From Catajapyx aquilonaris (Eukaryota): DNA of 55,482 bases. The position numbers were made by a program, and so were the translations under genes. The notes beneath the pieces are model-generated. The model did not search any database, was not told the origin of the DNA, and worked only from the letters and a program-made list of their open reading frames with translations. The stretch spans positions 1 through 55,482 of the forward strand of contig KZ539027.1 of assembly GCA_000934665.2 (NCBI GenBank), in the 5' to 3' direction. This document shows, piece after piece, positions 50,332 to 55,482 of the stretch (the stretch's first letter is position 1; every line of letters begins with the position of its first letter).

Positions 50332-50345
50332 GTTTTCATGGCAGG
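50332..50345 (-). promoter_or_regulatory. X-box-like (RFX) motif upstream of B9D2
   Basis: Minus strand CCTGCC-AT-GAAAAC matches RYYNYY-N1-3-RRNRAC except at the first base, about 12 nt upstream of the ATG of a ciliary gene. Confidence 0.5.
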
Positions 50346-50579
50346 TAGCGACCACTGCGACGCTACCACTAGGATACAATAACCCGCCGGTCGATCGTCC
50401 AATGCTTGATGACTCAGAGTGCAAGCAGGAAGCAGGTGGCTGCCAGGTGTTCACCTGGTGGATGGTAGGGAGTTCAATCGATATGACTTCAACACTGTAA
50501 AGGCTGCCAAAGAATTGTGTTGTAAACAACTCTAGTTCAACAATAACAATACTGTTGTTGCTACGCAGTTTTTCAGCTA

Positions 50580-50669
50580 TTATATCGCTCAAAAATAAAG
50601 ATATTTGATTCTAGTGCAGGCTGCACACGAGTCAAATGCAAAATCGTCTCTATGGTTTTCAGCGATATA
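50580..50669. mobile_element. Degenerate hairpin MITE, P100 copy
   Basis: TTATATCGCTCAAAAA...GAGTCAAATGCAAAATCGTCTCTAT...GCGATATAA. Confidence 0.7.
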
Positions 50670-51554
50670 ATACATCAACAAGCACTGTTTACTTTTTACA
50701 ATCCTTATTCATTACTTTATTCACTACCCGACTCTTTTACGTTAATCGGAAAAAGCTTTTATTACAACAAGGCATAAGGGTACACACTGTATATTACAAC
50801 TACGCAATATGCTCCCCGGAATATATCGAAAGTGAGATTTACAAAAGAGTGACAAGAGCAAATAACATGGATTATTTTTCATATCTGGCCCTGATGTGCA
50901 CACAGTAGCATATTGAATAAATATGATCTACTAAGCTTTCATACACACATTCTGCAATGGCTTTCTTCCGATAAGGTATAGTCGATATACCGTACAGGAC
51001 ATACGGGTTGTGATGCGCCATTCGTAAGTAGAAGGAAAATATATGAAAAAACCTCGATCTATGTTTATAGTAGTGCAACAGAATGTTGAGTAGCCTAGGT
51101 TGGGTATTAGCCGCAGTTTAAACGGAACGTGACCGAATTCAGCGCCTCGCTCGAGGCTATTATCGAATGTTCCAGACACTCCAGGGTCCAGGCACTGCGC
51201 ATTTATTCAGTATGAGATCATTCACTGGCCCTTGAACTCCCTACGGACTTCCTCGTCTATTGCCTAACTACGTTTTAGGATAAAATGCGACAAACACCTC
51301 CCCTTAGCGTATTTTCGCATAGGCACTTTCAGAACAATCATGCGCCGGGATGTAATAAGTTACATAGAATAAGCCTACTTCTGGATGCTTTCAATATCAA
51401 TTTAATTACTCGGTACAGTCTACTTGGGTTATTATAAAAATCGACCACGGGTTCGTTTTTAGGTTTATTTTTACGAGTTTTAATTATTAGTTCATATATG
51501 TTGGGTTAGCTTTCATCTCCCTTCATCGCTGACTACCCCTCATAGGGAAATGTC

Positions 51555-51555
51555 G

Positions 51556-51622
<67 letters not shown>

Positions 51623-51640
51623 ATGATGATGATGATGATG
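51555..51640. repeat. (GAT)n microsatellite
   Basis: Direct observation, with one interruption. Confidence 0.97.
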
Positions 51641-53115
51641 ACCACGGTCTGCGAGGTCTCATTGAAGTACCTTAAATTTTTGAGAATTTTCCACAACAAT
51701 GTTATAATATTAAATGACAATTTGCTCATGGTGACAATATACTAGTCATAGTAGCTAAATTTGGTGATATAATTCCGAGTGCAAAATTTAAAGGTACAGT
51801 CGTTATAACATTTGTGAAAATTTTGCATAAGGGCTACGCTTTGCATTTCCCTCTCACCGTTCAATAGTGTCCGTAACTATACGGATTTTGCGCTGTCATT
51901 TCGTTTAGCGGATTTAGCCAATGAGAATTCGACTTCTTTTCATTGTGCCGCGCAATTCCAGTCCCCAGCCTCTCCCTCCCTTCAGGTCGCACTTATTGGA
52001 AGTTCAAAGTCCTATACCTCTATTGCGCAAAACAAAGGCGCGGGATTATTTGATAGTTGTTCATGGTGTGGTTACGGGTCACATGGTTTGTACTGCTGTA
52101 CTCGAGCTATACCCCAGCTTCCTGCAAGTTCCTCTCCAAAGCTTCAGGTTCTGTTGCATGCGCCTAGCAGTGGAAGACGAGGAGTGACAAGTCTACTAGT
52201 GCGAAAGGTATTTGAATATCCAGTATTCTTCGAGTCAATGACAAGTCATACAATATTGTATTGATAGTGCATGTGATTATTTGATCATTTTCTCTGCGTC
52301 CTTAATATGGACCCTAGTTTCGTCTTAATAAAAGGATGGACCCATTCGACTTAATCTCAAAAAATATAGCTGTTCCAAAGTAACTGTCTAAAATAAGACG
52401 CGTAAAATCTACTTCGAGCCACACACAGTTGGAACACAATGCGTACGAAGCAAGTCATTTGTGTGCTTGTATGTATGTATGGTCAGAAAATATTTTCTAG
52501 CCCACTCCAGACCACATACAGTATACAAAGCTGAATTATTATCTGAAATTACAGCTGGAGATTCCCATGATAATATTAGCTTATCATATATGACGTAGGA
52601 GATTTCGGTGTGTTTCTTGTGCCGGGTCATAGTGCAAAAAAATGTGGGTTTTAGTAATTTTTCAGTATATTAGTGGGCCAATTTTGAGCTCTGTAGGTAG
52701 TCTGAAAGTGGGTTAGAATTTCTTAACATACCTATACTATACGACATAGTGTGGTTTATACTTACGTATAGGGTATAGTGATGTAACAACTTGAACTTTC
52801 ATTACCTGAACAAACATTATTGATTTAGGCCATATTGTGCTGTACGGTACACTACCTGTAGAGTGTAGACGAATACTTTCAGCTTATTATACAGTACTGC
52901 AGACAAACAGGAACGGAAATGTAAATGCTGTACTATAGAAACATAAGAAGTCAGTTACAAAAATAAGCTTAGTTATTTATGGATTATAGTTCGACATAAC
53001 TTTTTTTTAAGACTTTACTTAAGCAGGTATTGTACAGTAACTTAGCCTACATGATCAATATTATATTTACCCTAAATATTCTAGGTTGTATGTCATAATG
53101 TTATTACTTTAAATC

Positions 53116-53444
53116 GGGGAGGCGAAGTGGTGCTGTGGTAACGTACGCGCCCACGGATGTTAAGGTCCCGGGTTCGATCCCAACCCGGGGACACCCCCTT
53201 CATCTCGTGCAGAGTTCAGGGTCACCTCTGGCTTCGTCTCGGGTGGTATTTCCAACAGACTAAACCACCCGGGGGAGTTCACTAAAAATGGCCACAGCGT
53301 CAGATGCACTGCACCTTGCACATCCCCTCCTGTCATCCTGCCCGTGGGCCCGGGTGTTACGTATAAAGGCTCCAATGTACACGACAAAAATAAATAAAAG
53401 TCCGTGCTACAGCATACCTCTGATGAGGTCAGCACTACCCCGGA

Positions 53445-53518
<74 letters not shown>
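53116..53518 (+). mobile_element. tRNA-derived SINE, family E, with long (ATT)n tail
   Basis: A/B boxes (GTGGTGCTGTGG, GGTTCGATCCC), TSD TTATTACTTTAAATC (53101-53115 / 53519-53533). Confidence 0.85.
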
Positions 53519-53525
<7 letters not shown>

Positions 53526-53768
53526 TTTAAATCATCACTATTTTCCGCTATTTTGGGGGGTAAATATCAATTTTGCATATCCCGTAGTTTCCAATCGATT
53601 TTCTTCAAATTTGTTAGGTGGGTAGCCCACCCCAATGGGTGCAAAACGTGCATAAAATGAACTGGTCATATTAACGCAGCAAATAGACTTTATTTACGAT
53701 AAGGTGAGGGTATCACGAGAGGACCCAGGTGGCACAAACACATTTCCGAAATGTTGCAGATACGTTTA

Positions 53769-54210
53769 CCCAGCAACCGTTGAAACGTTGCGGAAACGTA
53801 GAGGAAATAACGTTTTTGTAAAGCAAATATGTCACGTTGCGCAACGTTGCGCACAACGTTGTGCAAAACGTTTTCAATACGTTGCCTTGGGAAATGTTTC
53901 GTTTACATTTTGAGGACGTTTGAAATACGTACCCTTGTGAAACGTTTCGATTACATTTTTAAGACGTTTGAAATACGTGTCCTTGTGAAACGCTTCGATT
54001 ACATTTTTAAGACGTTTGCAATACTTTTTTGACTAGGCCTACCATTTTGGAACGTTTCTAGGACGTTGCATATACATAGCGCAACACAACCGTTGCACTG
54101 CATCCGTTTCATAAATGCAATGAGCGAAACGTTTTTGCTACGCAAATTCGTCTTGTTGCACACAATGCTTTGAATACGTTGCATTGTAATGATGTGAAAC
54201 GTTTCCACTA
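53769..54210. mobile_element. Putative EnSpm-like transposon end (CCCAGC terminus) with AACGTT subterminal repeats and a 48-bp tandem repeat
   Basis: TA|CCCAGCAAC followed by dense AAACGTT/AACGTTG motifs. 48-bp unit x about 2.5 at 53902-54020. Confidence 0.5.
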
Positions 54211-54997
54211 CCTATTCAATACATTTCATATACAGTATAAAGTGTACGTAGGGCTGAAAAATGTTTAGGAACCATTGCTGATGTGATGCATAAATAAGGC
54301 ATAAATAATAAAAAGTCACACATTTTATTACATAACATATGTGAAGTACAGTTACATGGAACCTTTTAACCCTTCATTCATATTACCTTGATATTACTGT
54401 ATTGTTATTTAGTTTATTTCAATATTTTAATATATTTTACACACCATGCCAGCATACTATTTTAATTCCGATCAAAGAAATACAAAAGAGAACCGTCAGT
54501 CTCAACGAGACTGATGGTTGTATTTCTGTGATCGGAATTAAAATAGTATATAGTGTGTAAAATAAATTTAAATATCGAACCAGAATCAAAACAATTAAAA
54601 GTAAGAATAAAACTAGGAACAACTACTATTAACCCTGTTTGACTCAGCCCATACTATAACTTCAAAGTCATTGGGTCAGAAATGACCAAAACATAATAAA
54701 AACCCTCCTTAGGTCGCCCATGATGAGAAAAAGACGTCCAGTTCCCAAAATCCTAAATGTGTGCAGTACAGAGTTAAAATAAATATTGCATTGAAGGAAA
54801 TATGCCCTTAAAATCATCCTTGAGACTGGAATGTTAAAAATGAAGTATAGAATTATACATTAAAAGGCTTTTTAATGTATAATTCCATACTTCATTCAAA
54901 TTAAGGGCATTTAGTGGGGGGGGGGGGGNNNGGGGGGGGGGGGGGCGAATCTTAGTTTGCCCCGGAAAGAACCTACAGTAGTCGCATCCATGTAGAA

Positions 54998-55113
54998 TCA
55001 CAGGTCCTTCCGCCTCTGCAACCTGGAGGGGGCAAACCTCAGCCAGCTCTTGATTGTGTTGCCCACCCCAGACAGGCAGGCATTTGAACACAAAGGGTTG
55101 GCCTTAACTGCAG
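54998..55113 (-). pseudogene. DUF4806-like C-terminal exon (transposon-associated)
   Basis: Acceptor TTTCAG then (A)AVKANPLCSNACLSGVGNTIKSWLRFAPSRLQRRKDL*, resembling the I.xWLR.A.xR ending of DUF4806 proteins. The upstream region looks decayed. Confidence 0.45.
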
Positions 55114-55180
55114 CTGAAATGCAATAGAGATACATGACATCACAATATATCCTGTATATCCTGTATCCTGTATATGGAAC

Positions 55181-55237
55181 CTGCCAATCCCACATTAAGA
55201 CACTATAATATATAGTGTCTTAATGTGGGATTGGCAG
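55181..55237. repeat. Short perfect-armed palindrome
   Basis: CTGCCAATCCCACATTAAGACACTATA-ATA-TATAGTGTCTTAATGTGGGATTGGCAG. Confidence 0.9.
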
Positions 55238-55482
55238 CATGTGCCACATTAATTTACTTTTGCTATTATGCATACATTGCATCATACGTGCTTCAAAGAA
55301 AATGTTTTCTTCAGTGACCCAGTGTCATTTTAGATTCTGAAATTTTTTAAATGAAGAGGTTTGTTGAAGCCTGTGGGGATTATTATTGTGACTGTACATT
55401 AGGTATTCCTTGCCCCATCTTCTCATCTTCTCATAGGGCAAGTGTGAGATGCGAGCTACTTTTCAGACTGAATACATGTTTC

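Noticed and set aside
51921..52207. Open frames with splice-like boundaries upstream of B9D2
   Set aside because: No recognisable product or partner exons.

Overview
Repeat-rich eukaryotic (invertebrate, probably arthropod) genomic DNA with spliceosomal introns. Four host genes can be reconstructed. (1) A two-coding-exon gene for a 102-aa secreted, six-cysteine prepropeptide (+, 16661-17259), which the ORF track misses. (2) A six-exon TMX1-like thioredoxin-related ER transmembrane protein with a CPAC active site (+, 20588-33566). (3) Three-exon B9D2 (-, 50320-45842). (4) An intronless tectonic (-, 45840-43966). The standout feature is that B9D2 and tectonic, two subunits of the same ciliary transition-zone (MKS) module, are joined by the minus-strand junction TAA-C-ATG: one nucleotide separates the B9D2 stop from the tectonic start. 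A single AATAAA follows tectonic, an X-box-like motif precedes B9D2, and an AUGGGA (TURBS-like) motif lies about 60 nt upstream of the junction. Together these suggest a bicistronic mRNA with coupled termination-reinitiation. The rest of the window is tRNA-derived SINEs of several families with clear TSDs, many palindromic or nested MITEs, a fold-back mariner derivative, an LTR+PBS remnant, EnSpm-like ends, microsatellites and an assembly gap. All calls are by-eye readings; no database searches were run.
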